Assembly (NCBI GenBank): GCA_964434735.1
Contig: CAYSWK010000002.1
Location: 634-64,633, forward strand
Direction of reading: 5' to 3'
DNA length: 64,000 nt
DNA from: Candidatus Micrarchaeota archaeon
GTDB lineage: Archaea > Micrarchaeota > Micrarchaeia > Anstonellales > Bilamarchaeaceae
Position numbers and translations under genes: made by a program. Below the pieces are notes generated by a model, which did not search any database, was not told the origin of the DNA, and saw only the letters and a program-made list of their open reading frames with translations. Positions 48,840 through 58,801 of this stretch are shown here, one piece after another (positions within the stretch are counted from its first letter, which is position 1; every line of letters starts with the position of its first letter).

Positions 48840-49060
48840 GTTGTCTTGTGCTCTTCTTATGCAACGTAGGGAAACCTATTCTTCTCTTCTTCTTGAAGAG
48901 GGTTTCCTGCTCGTAGGCTTTCGCCTCCGAGTGCATTCTCCTATTGCCATATGCTTCGTATATGCAACGAGGGAAACCGGTTCTAAGAAAGTACTTAGAA
49001 CGGGCAAGTATAATGGAAATAAATCCCATTAACGTACGCAATGTATTGCGTACGTATGTG
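48840..49060. repeat. tRNA-upstream region sharing motifs with 31.5-kb region plus a 22-bp palindrome
   Basis: tcttcttatgcaac (48852-48865 vs 31648-31661), hairpin-forming aagaaagtacttaga (48985-48999 vs 31517-31531), caacg(t)agggaaacc x2; palindrome cgtacgcaat-gt-attgcgtacg 49033-49054. Confidence 0.45.
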
Positions 49061-49243
49061 CCAATATGGCACAGGATATAAAAATCAGACGCTGTTGACG
49101 TCATCACGAGGAATGCGGGCATTGTAGGAATGTATCCCGCAACCTTCAGCGGTTGTTCAGGTCATCATGTAAAAAGTATTACGCAGCCGAACTTTAAAAA
49201 ACAATCAGATACGTTTTTATATAGAATTAGACACAATAATACC

Positions 49244-50332
49244 ATGCAAAAACCACGATTCTCACGAATACAAACCACCATATGTGCTGCTGCACTCGCA
49301 TTCTCATTCCAGAGAGCCCCTGCACTTGCCGAAACACCGCAGCAATCGATAAAAACTACAGTTGAACAATTAACAAATACAAACGGCATAGACCTATTTC
49401 TTGCTAGTGCGCCTCGTGAACCGGCCTCCCTTGTGCAAGCAGTATTTGAACACGTGCGAACTGATGGAAAGGGAGGTTTCAAAACGATTCCAACCGACCA
49501 AGCCAAAGGTGCACTTACCGTAAAAGAATATGCAAAAATAAAAGAAGGAGATTGCACTGATACGGACCTATATGCGACAGCTATATTTGCACGCGCAAAA
49601 GCACAAAGAAATCTTCCTAAGGATATGATTATTGGAACGATTGTATATTCACCATATGCGCATCCGGATATCGGCCATGTGGTAACCTTCGTTTCACATT
49701 CTTCACTTACACCTTCAACTAGCCCGCTTGCGCAAGAAGTCTCACAAAAACTTGAAGGCAAACCAATTACTATTATCGATCCTGCAACCGAAACTCTTGG
49801 GAACTTAAAATACCCAGGCAAACTTTCCTACGTAATTACGGAAGAAGAACGAAACGGGCTTTTCTTTATGGAGCAAGGGGATGCGGCATTGAGAGCACAC
49901 AATGCTAAACTTGCACAAGCATTATACGAACGGGCATTTGAATTCTTAAAAAATAATGCAGACGCATCAAAGGAAATCCGTGAAAAACTGGGAACATTTT
50001 CATTCAATGAAGGGATTGAAGCATTGCAAGGGCAAAACGTCACAAACGCACTTACCGCAATGAAAAAGGCAAAGAGATACAATACAAAACCATTATACGT
50101 AGCATTCGCACTTCATGTTGAAGGGTTGATTGCAGCAACCCAAACACAAGATTCAGAACTTGCAAAGAAAAAGTTCGCTGAATCAAATGAAATAATTTTA
50201 AATTATTTTATAGAACTTTTGAAAAGAGATAAAAATGAAATAATTTCAAATATTACGGGCACAGATGCAAAAATGGCAAGAGAACTTAAGGCAAACAACG
50301 ACCAATTTATTCAAGCGCTTTCCCAACAGTAA
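49244..50332 (+). CDS. secreted hypothetical protein
   Basis: start at MQKPRFSRIQTTICAAALAFSFQRAPALA signal peptide (ATG 49244); helical-repeat-like C-terminal half. Confidence 0.4.
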   Translation: MQKPRFSRIQTTICAAALAFSFQRAPALAETPQQSIKTTVEQLTNTNGIDLFLASAPREPASLVQAVFEHVRTDGKGGFKTIPTDQAKGALTVKEYAKIKEGDCTDTDLYATAIFARAKAQRNLPKDMIIGTIVYSPYAHPDIGHVVTFVSHSSLTPSTSPLAQEVSQKLEGKPITIIDPATETLGNLKYPGKLSYVITEEERNGLFFMEQGDAALRAHNAKLAQALYERAFEFLKNNADASKEIREKLGTFSFNEGIEALQGQNVTNALTAMKKAKRYNTKPLYVAFALHVEGLIAATQTQDSELAKKKFAESNEIILNYFIELLKRDKNEIISNITGTDAKMARELKANNDQFIQALSQQ

Positions 50333-50918
50333 TACAATATAACATTTCATCCCCCATTTTTTCTTCTTCGAGGATTTTTAATTTCAGCTTTTTATTTTCA
50401 AGTGTCTTTTTTGTCTTTTCAAGATCCTGGTACGAGCTATGGATCAACATTGCTTTTCCGGTGGGTGCAAGATGCTTTTCAAACGAATCCAAAAACCTAT
50501 TCAAAAATTCACGTCCGTCTTTTCCTGAATTAAGTGCCGCATCTAACACGCCTTTCACATGCTCATCCTCGTTTGCAGGAAGATACGGCGGATTGCAAAT
50601 GATCCAGTCAAACATCTCTCCCTTTTTTATTGATAAAAACATATCGCCTTTACGGATTTCGATTGTCGTCAGTTTATTCGCAACCGTATTCATATATGCG
50701 CATGCAACGGCTTCGTCCGTAATATCAACTGCAACAACTGAATTGGCAGGATTCTCCTTCGCATTCACAAGCGAAACAATTCCCGTTCCCGTACATACCT
50801 CAAGTAGTTTTCCCGTACACGTTTTTGCGTGCTTTGCTAAAAGAAAGGAATCCTCTGCCGGCTCATACACGTCGTCGCAAACCGCAATCATGAGACCGTT
50901 AAATGGAAAACGATGCAT
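50307..50918 (-). CDS. HemK/Mtq2-like protein N5-glutamine methyltransferase
   Basis: VYEPAEDSFLL, VLEVCTGTGIVS (SAM motif I) and ICNPPYLP (NPPY motif); start set to ATG 50916-50918 instead of longest ORF. Confidence 0.65.
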   Translation of the reverse strand: MHRFPFNGLMIAVCDDVYEPAEDSFLLAKHAKTCTGKLLEVCTGTGIVSLVNAKENPANSVVAVDITDEAVACAYMNTVANKLTTIEIRKGDMFLSIKKGEMFDWIICNPPYLPANEDEHVKGVLDAALNSGKDGREFLNRFLDSFEKHLAPTGKAMLIHSSYQDLEKTKKTLENKKLKLKILEEEKMGDEMLYCITVGKALE

Positions 50919-50993
50919 AGGAAGAAACACACATATGAGGCTTTTTAAACACAACGGGAGAATATCCTTCCAGAAGCGAGGCGTTGTACAGGG

Positions 50994-51617
50994 ATGGTTT
51001 TCGCACAAGCAACAAGCCAACCGGAAAGAGGAAATGCATTAGCCAGAAGTTCTCATTTTAGACAAAAATTACCAAAAACAGACGTACTCCATCCTCCGCA
51101 AGAATTCCCGTTTACTCTTGTAAACGGCCATATTATCCATTTTTCAAGAAGAGGCAGAGCCCTCTTAAGACATCCCGAGGATGCATTAAAAGAGTACCAT
51201 GCATGCTGCATGGCAACGCTCCGTATTATTTCAGAAGGATATCTTCTTGCAAGAACGGCAGGACTAAAAATCGATTTCAAAGAATCGCGAGTACGAAGAA
51301 CACGCGGCCCAATACCATTGTATCTTCAAGGACACTTACGGCCAAAAAAAGAGATTGCATTACCGAGTGACTTGGAACATCTTGAACTCATCGAACGTGT
51401 ACTCGCACAAACAATCGCAAAAGTCACGCCGCATTATGTATACGGGGCGTATATAGGAAGAATTATGCAAGGAATTACCGAACATTCGGATATTGCCGAA
51501 AAAATTAACAGGCATCCCCTTGAAGACCTTTCCCTTTTTGGCCTCATTCATATAGTACAGGAACTGATAGTAATGAAACGTGTACTCGAATTAGATGAAC
51601 TCAGGGCAACCATTTAA
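50994..51617 (+). CDS. hypothetical protein
   Basis: 207-aa ORF, no motif assigned. Confidence 0.3.
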   Translation: MVFAQATSQPERGNALARSSHFRQKLPKTDVLHPPQEFPFTLVNGHIIHFSRRGRALLRHPEDALKEYHACCMATLRIISEGYLLARTAGLKIDFKESRVRRTRGPIPLYLQGHLRPKKEIALPSDLEHLELIERVLAQTIAKVTPHYVYGAYIGRIMQGITEHSDIAEKINRHPLEDLSLFGLIHIVQELIVMKRVLELDELRATI

Positions 51618-51702
51618 GCAGGAACCCATTTCAAGACACTTCTTTAAAAATAAACCTGCATTAGTATTTTCATCAAAACTATGAGGTGAATGTACATGCA
51701 AA

Positions 51703-52266
51703 ATGAAACACAACAAACAGGAAACACGAAACTCGCAACCAGCACACAAGGGTGGTTGGGCGTCCAGTCAAGGACAAAGTAATTTACAAACAACGCAGCA
51801 ACTTAGAGCCAGCCAAACAAGTGCTGAAACTGATTTTAGGGCTGAATTAGATCGAATTAAGGAACGTAAGAGTCATGGGCTTCTTGCACGATTTATTGGT
51901 CAAAGCATACATATTGAACCTAACCTTTTGAAAGAAGCGTGTGCAGAGTTAGGTAAACTGAGTCCACAGACGCTCACGGGACTTTTAAAACGATCCGCAG
52001 AGGAAACGTGGAAATTTACAAGCACTGCACAAAGGCATATGATAGACGCGTTCTTAGCATTACCGGATTCAAGAGCGCGTGAAGCTGCCAAAAATGATAT
52101 GCAAAAATCTCTTGCACGGATTTTAGGTGAACCGCTTTCTCTTGAAACAAAAGATCACTACCTGCAGGCGCTTAGTGCAATTCATATCCGTACTAAAGAA
52201 AAGCAACGGGCCGCTTCTTTGCGAAGATATGTATTACCAAGAACCTTGCGATCAGGAAGGGGGTAA
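51703..52266 (+). CDS. hypothetical basic protein
   Basis: 187-aa ORF, Arg/Lys-rich. Confidence 0.3.
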   Translation: MKHNKQETRNSQPAHKGGWASSQGQSNLQTTQQLRASQTSAETDFRAELDRIKERKSHGLLARFIGQSIHIEPNLLKEACAELGKLSPQTLTGLLKRSAEETWKFTSTAQRHMIDAFLALPDSRAREAAKNDMQKSLARILGEPLSLETKDHYLQALSAIHIRTKEKQRAASLRRYVLPRTLRSGRG

Positions 52267-52268
52267 TT

Positions 52269-52448
52269 ATGAAATCCTCTACGAACTCAAGAATTGGAAG
52301 ACCGCTCTCATTGACTCACGAGCAATTAGGACTTTTGCAAAAACTTTACTACACTGAACCGTATTCCATACGAAGACTTGCTAAAGTCCTAGGAACGTCA
52401 AGATCCGCAATTGAACGCGCAATAAAGGCGGATTTTTACGGATATTGA
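52269..52448 (+). CDS. stand-alone Hin/resolvase-type helix-turn-helix protein (59 aa; below ORF-track size cut-off)
   Basis: hand translation MKSSTNSRIGRPLSLTHEQLGLLQKLYYTEPYSIRRLAKVLGTSRSAIERAIKADFYGY: GRP..L..EQ...L....G.S...LA..LG.SRS.I.R pattern of HTH_7/HTH_23 domains. Confidence 0.45.
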   Translation: MKSSTNSRIGRPLSLTHEQLGLLQKLYYTEPYSIRRLAKVLGTSRSAIERAIKADFYGY

Positions 52449-52520
52449 ATTCGGTCTTTTTTTTCTTTTTTTTAAGATACTATCAGCATATTCTTAAACC
52501 TACAAACGTACAATTTACCT

Positions 52521-54224
52521 ATGTGCGGCATAGCGGGATTCTTTGGCCTTGACGACCGTGCGCTTCTTAAGCGTATGGCGGGCGCAATAGCACACCGTGG
52601 GCCGGATCATGAAGGCCTGTACACAAGCAAAGGAATAGGTCTCGCCAACAGGCGTTTAAGCATTATCGATTTATCAGGCGGCAACCAGCCAATATATGAT
52701 GACACAAGAAGGTACGTCATCGTTTTCAACGGTGAAATATACAACTACAAGAAGCTTCGAACACTGCTTGAGAAAAAAGGCGTGAAATTTGAAACTTCAA
52801 GCGATACGGAAGTCATCCTTCAATTGCTCATCAATTATGGGGTTGGGGGGATTGGAAAACTCAACGGCATGTTCGCATTTGCATTCTACGATTCAAAAGA
52901 ACGAAAACTCATCATTGCGCGAGACCGGGCAGGAATCAAACCGTTATATTATACGGTGCACAAGGGACTCTTTTTCTTTGCGTCAGAAATCAAATCTATT
53001 TTAGAATATGAAGAGATCCCAAAACAGGTTGACCAGGAGGCAAAATCTTCATTTTTGACATTTGGAACTGTCTTGGCTGCAAAAACATTATTCAGAGGAA
53101 TTTCAAAACTGCTCCCTGGAAATTATCTTGAAGTAACTCCACATTCCATTTCAATAAAACCGTATCAACAAGAAACCGAAGATGTATCCGCAACCTCTTT
53201 ACGCCACGTGCTTGAGCATGCCGTCAAGTCACAAATGGTTGCTGATGTTCCCTTAGGTGCATTCCTTTCCGGAGGATTGGACTCAAGTACCATCGTTGGA
53301 TTAATGGCAAAATCCCATGACCAACCTGTAAAAACATTTACCGTAGGATTCGGTGAGGAAAGCGATGAGGTATATTACGCACGCGCAGTAAGCGAACACA
53401 CGGGCACCGAGCATTATGAACGCATCGTCGAGCCAAAGGAAGTGCAAAAAACCGTTGAAAAGCTTGTGTGGCATTTTGACGACTTGACCTGGGATTCTGC
53501 AAGCATCCCGTTATTCTTGGTTTCCGAGCTCGCACGAAAACACGTAAAAGTCGTATTAAGCGGCGAGGGGGCAGATGAATTGTTTGCAGGATATGAACGG
53601 TACCGCCCCTTTTCACCCGCAATCCCCCTTGTGCCCTGGAACATCCGCACGCACGTATACAAGAGATATATCACCATGTTTGACGATGCAACAAAAGCAC
53701 GCCTAGGAATTGGAAAAAGTTATGCGGAAATCGTGCTTGACTCATACCTTTCACGCACTCCACGAAACCTGCAGAATGTTCTTGATTTTGAATATAATGA
53801 GTTTCTTCCGCACCAATTGCTCAACAAGGCAGACAAGGCAACCATGGCAGCATCCATAGAAGGTCGCGTGCCGTTCCTTGACAATTCAGTCATAGAAAAA
53901 GCAAAGCATATTCCACTTCATGAAAAAATGCTTTTATTTAAGGGAAAGGCAGTGCTTCGCGCGGCGGTAAAAGATATAACACCTACAGTTGCACGCGCAC
54001 GGGCAAAACAAGGGTTTGGCGCAAAACCGATATTTTGGCTTTCGCATACGCCCTTTTTGGAGTACACCAAAAGCATGCTTGCTGACGGTCACGCGAAGGA
54101 GCTTGGTATTGATTTGTCATACGCAAAAACAATGATTGAGGAACGCACAAAACCAAAGCGAGCATACCAAATTTGGAGTTTATTACTCCTTGAATTATGG
54201 TACAGGAAATTTTTCGGTGAATGA
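52521..54224 (+). CDS. asnB: asparagine synthase (glutamine-hydrolysing)
   Basis: MCGIAGFFG N-terminal nucleophile, SGGLDSS PP-loop. Confidence 0.9.
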   Translation: MCGIAGFFGLDDRALLKRMAGAIAHRGPDHEGLYTSKGIGLANRRLSIIDLSGGNQPIYDDTRRYVIVFNGEIYNYKKLRTLLEKKGVKFETSSDTEVILQLLINYGVGGIGKLNGMFAFAFYDSKERKLIIARDRAGIKPLYYTVHKGLFFFASEIKSILEYEEIPKQVDQEAKSSFLTFGTVLAAKTLFRGISKLLPGNYLEVTPHSISIKPYQQETEDVSATSLRHVLEHAVKSQMVADVPLGAFLSGGLDSSTIVGLMAKSHDQPVKTFTVGFGEESDEVYYARAVSEHTGTEHYERIVEPKEVQKTVEKLVWHFDDLTWDSASIPLFLVSELARKHVKVVLSGEGADELFAGYERYRPFSPAIPLVPWNIRTHVYKRYITMFDDATKARLGIGKSYAEIVLDSYLSRTPRNLQNVLDFEYNEFLPHQLLNKADKATMAASIEGRVPFLDNSVIEKAKHIPLHEKMLLFKGKAVLRAAVKDITPTVARARAKQGFGAKPIFWLSHTPFLEYTKSMLADGHAKELGIDLSYAKTMIEERTKPKRAYQIWSLLLLELWYRKFFGE

Positions 54225-54254
54225 GTTAATAAATATCCGGTCCAAAAAAGATCT

Positions 54255-54758
54255 GTGGAATGGATTATCCCTGCAAAAATTTCCCTTTTCGACCCACCAT
54301 ACTCACTTGAATTCCATAAAAAGTATGATGGGCGACTAGGATTCCACGCATACATGCCAAATTCAATACGAAACGGAAAAGTAGTTGGGCTCCATGAAGG
54401 GCGTGACGTAACACTCCCGAAAGGAACCCCAATACTTGCACCATCTGATTGTACGATTGTTGCTTGGATGAAAGGAAACAAAAAAAACGGCGGATGGATA
54501 AAACTTGCATTTGAAACTCCGAAAGGAAAATATTTTATGGAACTTACTCATGTAAACGGGCAGGAGTTCAAATCCGGACAAATCGTCTCAAAAGGAACCG
54601 AACTTGGAACGGTTTATGTAGTTCCTAGAATCGGAAGAGCAACACTTTGCATTAAGATATATACTGACAAAGGCAAGCCAATTGATTTTCTTAAAGTAAT
54701 TGGCCAACCTGCAACACCAATAGAAGTTAAGCAAGAGCCAAAAAAACTTTTGCGCTAG
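54255..54758 (+). CDS. M23/LytM-like peptidase domain protein
   Basis: HEGRDVTLPKGTPILAPSDCTIV pattern (H.G.D ... GTPI.A..DG.V). Confidence 0.4.
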   Translation: MEWIIPAKISLFDPPYSLEFHKKYDGRLGFHAYMPNSIRNGKVVGLHEGRDVTLPKGTPILAPSDCTIVAWMKGNKKNGGWIKLAFETPKGKYFMELTHVNGQEFKSGQIVSKGTELGTVYVVPRIGRATLCIKIYTDKGKPIDFLKVIGQPATPIEVKQEPKKLLR

Positions 54759-54836
54759 AATGCTCGTTGTAAAAGACAGACCTCTAAAAGTACACAAAAC
54801 AAGAAAGTTAAAAACGTAAAGTAGTAAACTAGGGTT

Positions 54837-56924
54837 ATGAAAAAATTGATCGTTCTTTTTATAATAGGAATTTTGATTTTTGGCTGCACTGCACAAAAAA
54901 CAGATGATAAAACAACAAGCGCAACCAACAGCAATACTCTAGAAAAAAATGAGATTGAAAAAACCTTCAAAACCTCACTTAACAAGCTTGATGATGAATA
55001 TGTAGGTGGGAACCTTTCAAAAGAGGAATACATATTCTATTCTTTACAAGCAATCTATGAACCTGCAGAGTTGCCTTCTAAGTATGCAGGTGTCCCTATT
55101 GTTGAATATGATGTATCAGATGAAATAATGCGCGCAATGGAAAACTGGGATAGTTTAAGTAAAGAGCACAAGCAAAAAATCCTTGAATGGACTGCAATTC
55201 CAGATGTTTCAAATGCACAAACCGTATCTTTAATGGGAAAACACGCATCATTATCAGGAGGTACATTGCAAACCTCCCAAACATACACTGCTGATGCGGC
55301 AAATGGGAACGTCAAAGTATATGCAACGCTTTCAGCAGGCCATTCTGAAGTTGATGTACAGCAACTTAAGCGAAAGATGAAAATGCTCAAAGAAGCTGCT
55401 GATGACTCATACCAAAAATTCAAGGACCTTCTTGGAATCGAACCAACTTACGCTGCACACATGTTTATTCAGCAATCACCCGGAGGAATACTTGGTGGAA
55501 CAACGCTTTATTCCACTCCAGATGATCCTTATGAACGATGCAAAATCACTGTTGATGTTGATCAAATCCAGGATGAGAAAAAAATAAAGTCAACGACAGT
55601 GCATGAGTTGTTCCATTGTTTTCAGTATCACATCCCTTTACGTGACTGGAATAACCCTGACCAAAAATGGCTGCGTGAGGCAACTGCAACCTGGTCTGAA
55701 AATTATATTTATCCGGATACTAATAGAGAACAATTCTACGTACCATTATTCTTTGAAACCAGGTACCTGCCATTAGTCAAACGGGAAGGCAACAAGGAAT
55801 ATTCAGACTATTTATTTTTCAAATTCCTTGAACAAACTGCTAGCAAGGAGGTAGTTGGAAAAATACTGCTTGATGCAAAAACAAAGGGTACGCGAAATGC
55901 AATTACTTCAATTAATGAGTACGATGAAAAGTTTGCGGAATTCAGCGTCTGGAACTGGAACAAGGATCCTATATTAAAATACACTGATACGCCTTCATTC
56001 CCGCAAGTAGGTGTAAGTGGGAGTGCAGTAATATCAAGGCAAATTAATGCAAAGGAAGAAACAACAATCACTGATTTTTTCCCCCACAATGGAGCAGCAT
56101 ACCATGTTTACAAAATTGATCCTAATAGCGATGTGAAAGAGATAAAGATTAAATTTAGCAATGAGGGGGACGCAAAAAACCAGCGCAGGGCGTTAGTAAA
56201 AATAGGCAATTCCTGGACAGAGGAGTATTGGACAGGAACGCTTGAAAAAACATTCTGCTTAACAAAACCAAATGAAAAGTTGAGTGAACTTGTAATTGTT
56301 TTTTCCAATTCGCAGATGGACAACGAGCTTGAAGTAGTAAAATATGACGTTGACACTACTGGCGAGTGCCCATTTGAAATATCTGGAATAACAAAAATAA
56401 CATCCAACATGCACGTAACAGATGCTACAGGAACAATGGATTCAACAGGAACATATATTTCAAATGACGTTTTGCAATTCAATTCAGAGGAAAATCAGTA
56501 CGAATTAAAATCAAGGACTGCAACTTGTACGTATACTGATAACAAAAACCTCCAAGATGAAATTTATACGATCATAGCACACGAAAGCGGCTCAGGCACT
56601 ATTACTGAAGAATATACAACTGATGCGCCTATGAAGATGCATTTTGATTATGATGATAAGGAAATTGACTTTATTACCTCACCAAGTTACAAAAATCCAA
56701 ACTGGGTTAAGATTACTGGCAATATGCTGATTAAAACTGCATACAGCTCAAGCGATACGCCAGTAACCAAAAACGACGGATGCAGTGTCTTCTCAAGCCT
56801 TGCAGGAAACACGCCATTGAAAATGAGTGAGTATTTGGATGGTAACCGGCTTCATGGAACAAAAACCATAAGCAATGCAGGGATTACTGCAACGGTTGAG
56901 TTTGATTATATTATTTCAAGATAA
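54837..56924 (+). CDS. secreted lipoprotein with HExxH zinc-metallopeptidase motif (695 aa)
   Basis: MKKLIVLFIIGILIFGCTAQ lipobox-like signal; TTVHELFHCFQYH zincin motif. Confidence 0.55.
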   Translation: MKKLIVLFIIGILIFGCTAQKTDDKTTSATNSNTLEKNEIEKTFKTSLNKLDDEYVGGNLSKEEYIFYSLQAIYEPAELPSKYAGVPIVEYDVSDEIMRAMENWDSLSKEHKQKILEWTAIPDVSNAQTVSLMGKHASLSGGTLQTSQTYTADAANGNVKVYATLSAGHSEVDVQQLKRKMKMLKEAADDSYQKFKDLLGIEPTYAAHMFIQQSPGGILGGTTLYSTPDDPYERCKITVDVDQIQDEKKIKSTTVHELFHCFQYHIPLRDWNNPDQKWLREATATWSENYIYPDTNREQFYVPLFFETRYLPLVKREGNKEYSDYLFFKFLEQTASKEVVGKILLDAKTKGTRNAITSINEYDEKFAEFSVWNWNKDPILKYTDTPSFPQVGVSGSAVISRQINAKEETTITDFFPHNGAAYHVYKIDPNSDVKEIKIKFSNEGDAKNQRRALVKIGNSWTEEYWTGTLEKTFCLTKPNEKLSELVIVFSNSQMDNELEVVKYDVDTTGECPFEISGITKITSNMHVTDATGTMDSTGTYISNDVLQFNSEENQYELKSRTATCTYTDNKNLQDEIYTIIAHESGSGTITEEYTTDAPMKMHFDYDDKEIDFITSPSYKNPNWVKITGNMLIKTAYSSSDTPVTKNDGCSVFSSLAGNTPLKMSEYLDGNRLHGTKTISNAGITATVEFDYIISR

Positions 56925-57091
56925 AATAGAGGATTAAGGTGGAAGTAATAGTTCCATGTTACTCTCAAAATTCGTTTTGAATACTTCAGGTGCACGCGCA
57001 TCATTAGTACTCAAACAAGCTTAGATCCTTTCTTTTAACACTTTTAGTAACTATAAGTAAGAATTTAACCCCTTTATTGATTGGATATACT

Positions 57092-58204
57092 ATGAAAATC
57101 CTTCATTTCATAGGCTCCCTTGAGATAGGCGGAACTGAAAAAATGCTCCTCACCTACCTTTCAACTACAAAAGAAAAGGAGCTCACCCATGTAGTATGCA
57201 CTCTTTTTGATAAGGGTGCGCTTAGGGAAGAACTTGCAAAAAAAAATATTCATGTCAAAACACTGGATATAAAGGGAAAACTTGGGCTTTTGGATGCTAT
57301 CGGTAAATTTGTAAAAGTCCTTGAAAATGAAAAACCCAGCATCGTTCATTCATATTTATTACAGGAAAACCTCGTTGCGCGATATGCGATTGAAAAATAC
57401 AACAAAAAATACCAACAAAAAATAGTGCTTATCAACGGAAAACGCGACACTGACCGCGGTAAAGCGTTCTGGAAAGTATGGCTTGACAAGCAAAGCCTCC
57501 ACAAGGCAAACCTGCATGTCTCAAACTCAAAAGCAGGAGTTGAGGAACTCAAAGGATATGGCGTACCGGCCGATAATATCCTCTACATACCAAACGGCAA
57601 GGAACTGCACATACAAAAAATAACCAAACAAAAGGCAAAAGAAGGCCTTTCGCTCCCACAAGATACGTTCGTCATTTCATGCGTTGCACGGCTCTACTCC
57701 TTCAAGGGGCACCAGTACCTTCTTCAAGCAATGAAAAAGGCGCAAGAGCACCTCAAAGGGCTTGACTGGAAACTATTATTAGTCGGAGACGGAGAAATGA
57801 AAACGGCACTTGAACAATATGTTGCATCACATGGGCTTCAAAAGTACGTGGTTTTCCTTGGCGAACGAAATGACGTGCCCCTTATCCTGCGTGCAACCGA
57901 CTTATTCGTGCTCCCGACGTTACGCGAAGGAATGCCCGGTGCTTTAATGGAAGCAATGGCTGCAGGACTTCCCTGCATCGCAACGGAAATTGACGGATGC
58001 AAGGAACTCATTGAAAATGAAAAAAATGGGCTTTTAGTACCCGCCAAAAATACAGATGCGCTTTCTACGGCAATTATTTCACTTATCCTTGATCCTATTC
58101 TTTGTGCACGGCTTGGAAAAGAAGCAAAAAGAACCATTGAGGAAGAGTTCTCACTAAGCAAAATGATTACACAAATTGATGAGTTATATATGCGCTTTGC
58201 ATAA
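57092..58204 (+). CDS. glycosyltransferase family 4 (GT-B)
   Basis: MKILHFIGSLEIGGTEKMLL N-term and C-terminal LPTLREGMPGALMEAMAAGLPCIAT E-x7-E region. Confidence 0.75.
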   Translation: MKILHFIGSLEIGGTEKMLLTYLSTTKEKELTHVVCTLFDKGALREELAKKNIHVKTLDIKGKLGLLDAIGKFVKVLENEKPSIVHSYLLQENLVARYAIEKYNKKYQQKIVLINGKRDTDRGKAFWKVWLDKQSLHKANLHVSNSKAGVEELKGYGVPADNILYIPNGKELHIQKITKQKAKEGLSLPQDTFVISCVARLYSFKGHQYLLQAMKKAQEHLKGLDWKLLLVGDGEMKTALEQYVASHGLQKYVVFLGERNDVPLILRATDLFVLPTLREGMPGALMEAMAAGLPCIATEIDGCKELIENEKNGLLVPAKNTDALSTAIISLILDPILCARLGKEAKRTIEEEFSLSKMITQIDELYMRFA

Positions 58205-58250
58205 AGCCAAGCTCTTAAACCTTTAAGCAAAAAAAGCCATAGGTATTTGT

Positions 58251-58799
58251 ATGAACTTCGTCCCCAAAAAAATATTCTTTACCAAAGGAGCAGGAAAACA
58301 CAAGGACCAGCTTGCCTCATTTGAAGTTGCACTCCGGGATGCAGGAATCTCACAATTTAACCTCGTAACCGTTTCAAGCATCCTTCCACCCAACACAAAA
58401 TTCGTTTCACGTGAAGAAGGGCTCAAAGACCTTAACCCGGGACAAATCGTATTTGTAGTACTTGCACGCATGGCAACAAACGAACCGAACCGTCTTGTTG
58501 TTTCTTCAGTAGGTGCAGCAATACCTGCTGACAATTCCCAATACGGATATTTGAGCGAACACCATGCATACGGTGAAACGGCTGAAAAAGCAGGAGATTA
58601 TGCGGAAGATTTAGCCGCAAGCATGCTCGCATCAACCCTTGGCATTCCTTTTGACCCTGAAGACGCATGGAATGAACGCGAGGAACATTTCAAGCTCAGC
58701 GGCAAAATCGTAAAAACAAGAAACATCACCCAAAGTGCTGAGGGTGACAAGGACGGTAAATGGACAACGGTCATATCTGCGGCAGTATTGATACTTTAG
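58251..58799 (+). CDS. pdaD: pyruvoyl-dependent arginine decarboxylase
   Basis: [14 protein letters not shown]...[25 protein letters not shown] including the self-cleavage Ser region. Confidence 0.85.
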   Translation: MNFVPKKIFFTKGAGKHKDQLASFEVALRDAGISQFNLVTVSSILPPNTKFVSREEGLKDLNPGQIVFVVLARMATNEPNRLVVSSVGAAIPADNSQYGYLSEHHAYGETAEKAGDYAEDLAASMLASTLGIPFDPEDAWNEREEHFKLSGKIVKTRNITQSAEGDKDGKWTTVISAAVLIL

Positions 58800-58801
58800 T
58801 C

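Noticed and set aside
52127-52357. 76-aa ORF from the ORF track in the 52.1-52.4 kb gap
   Set aside because: It overlaps the end of 51703-52266 in a different frame. The HTH-encoding frame 52269-52448 is the better-supported reading of this gap.
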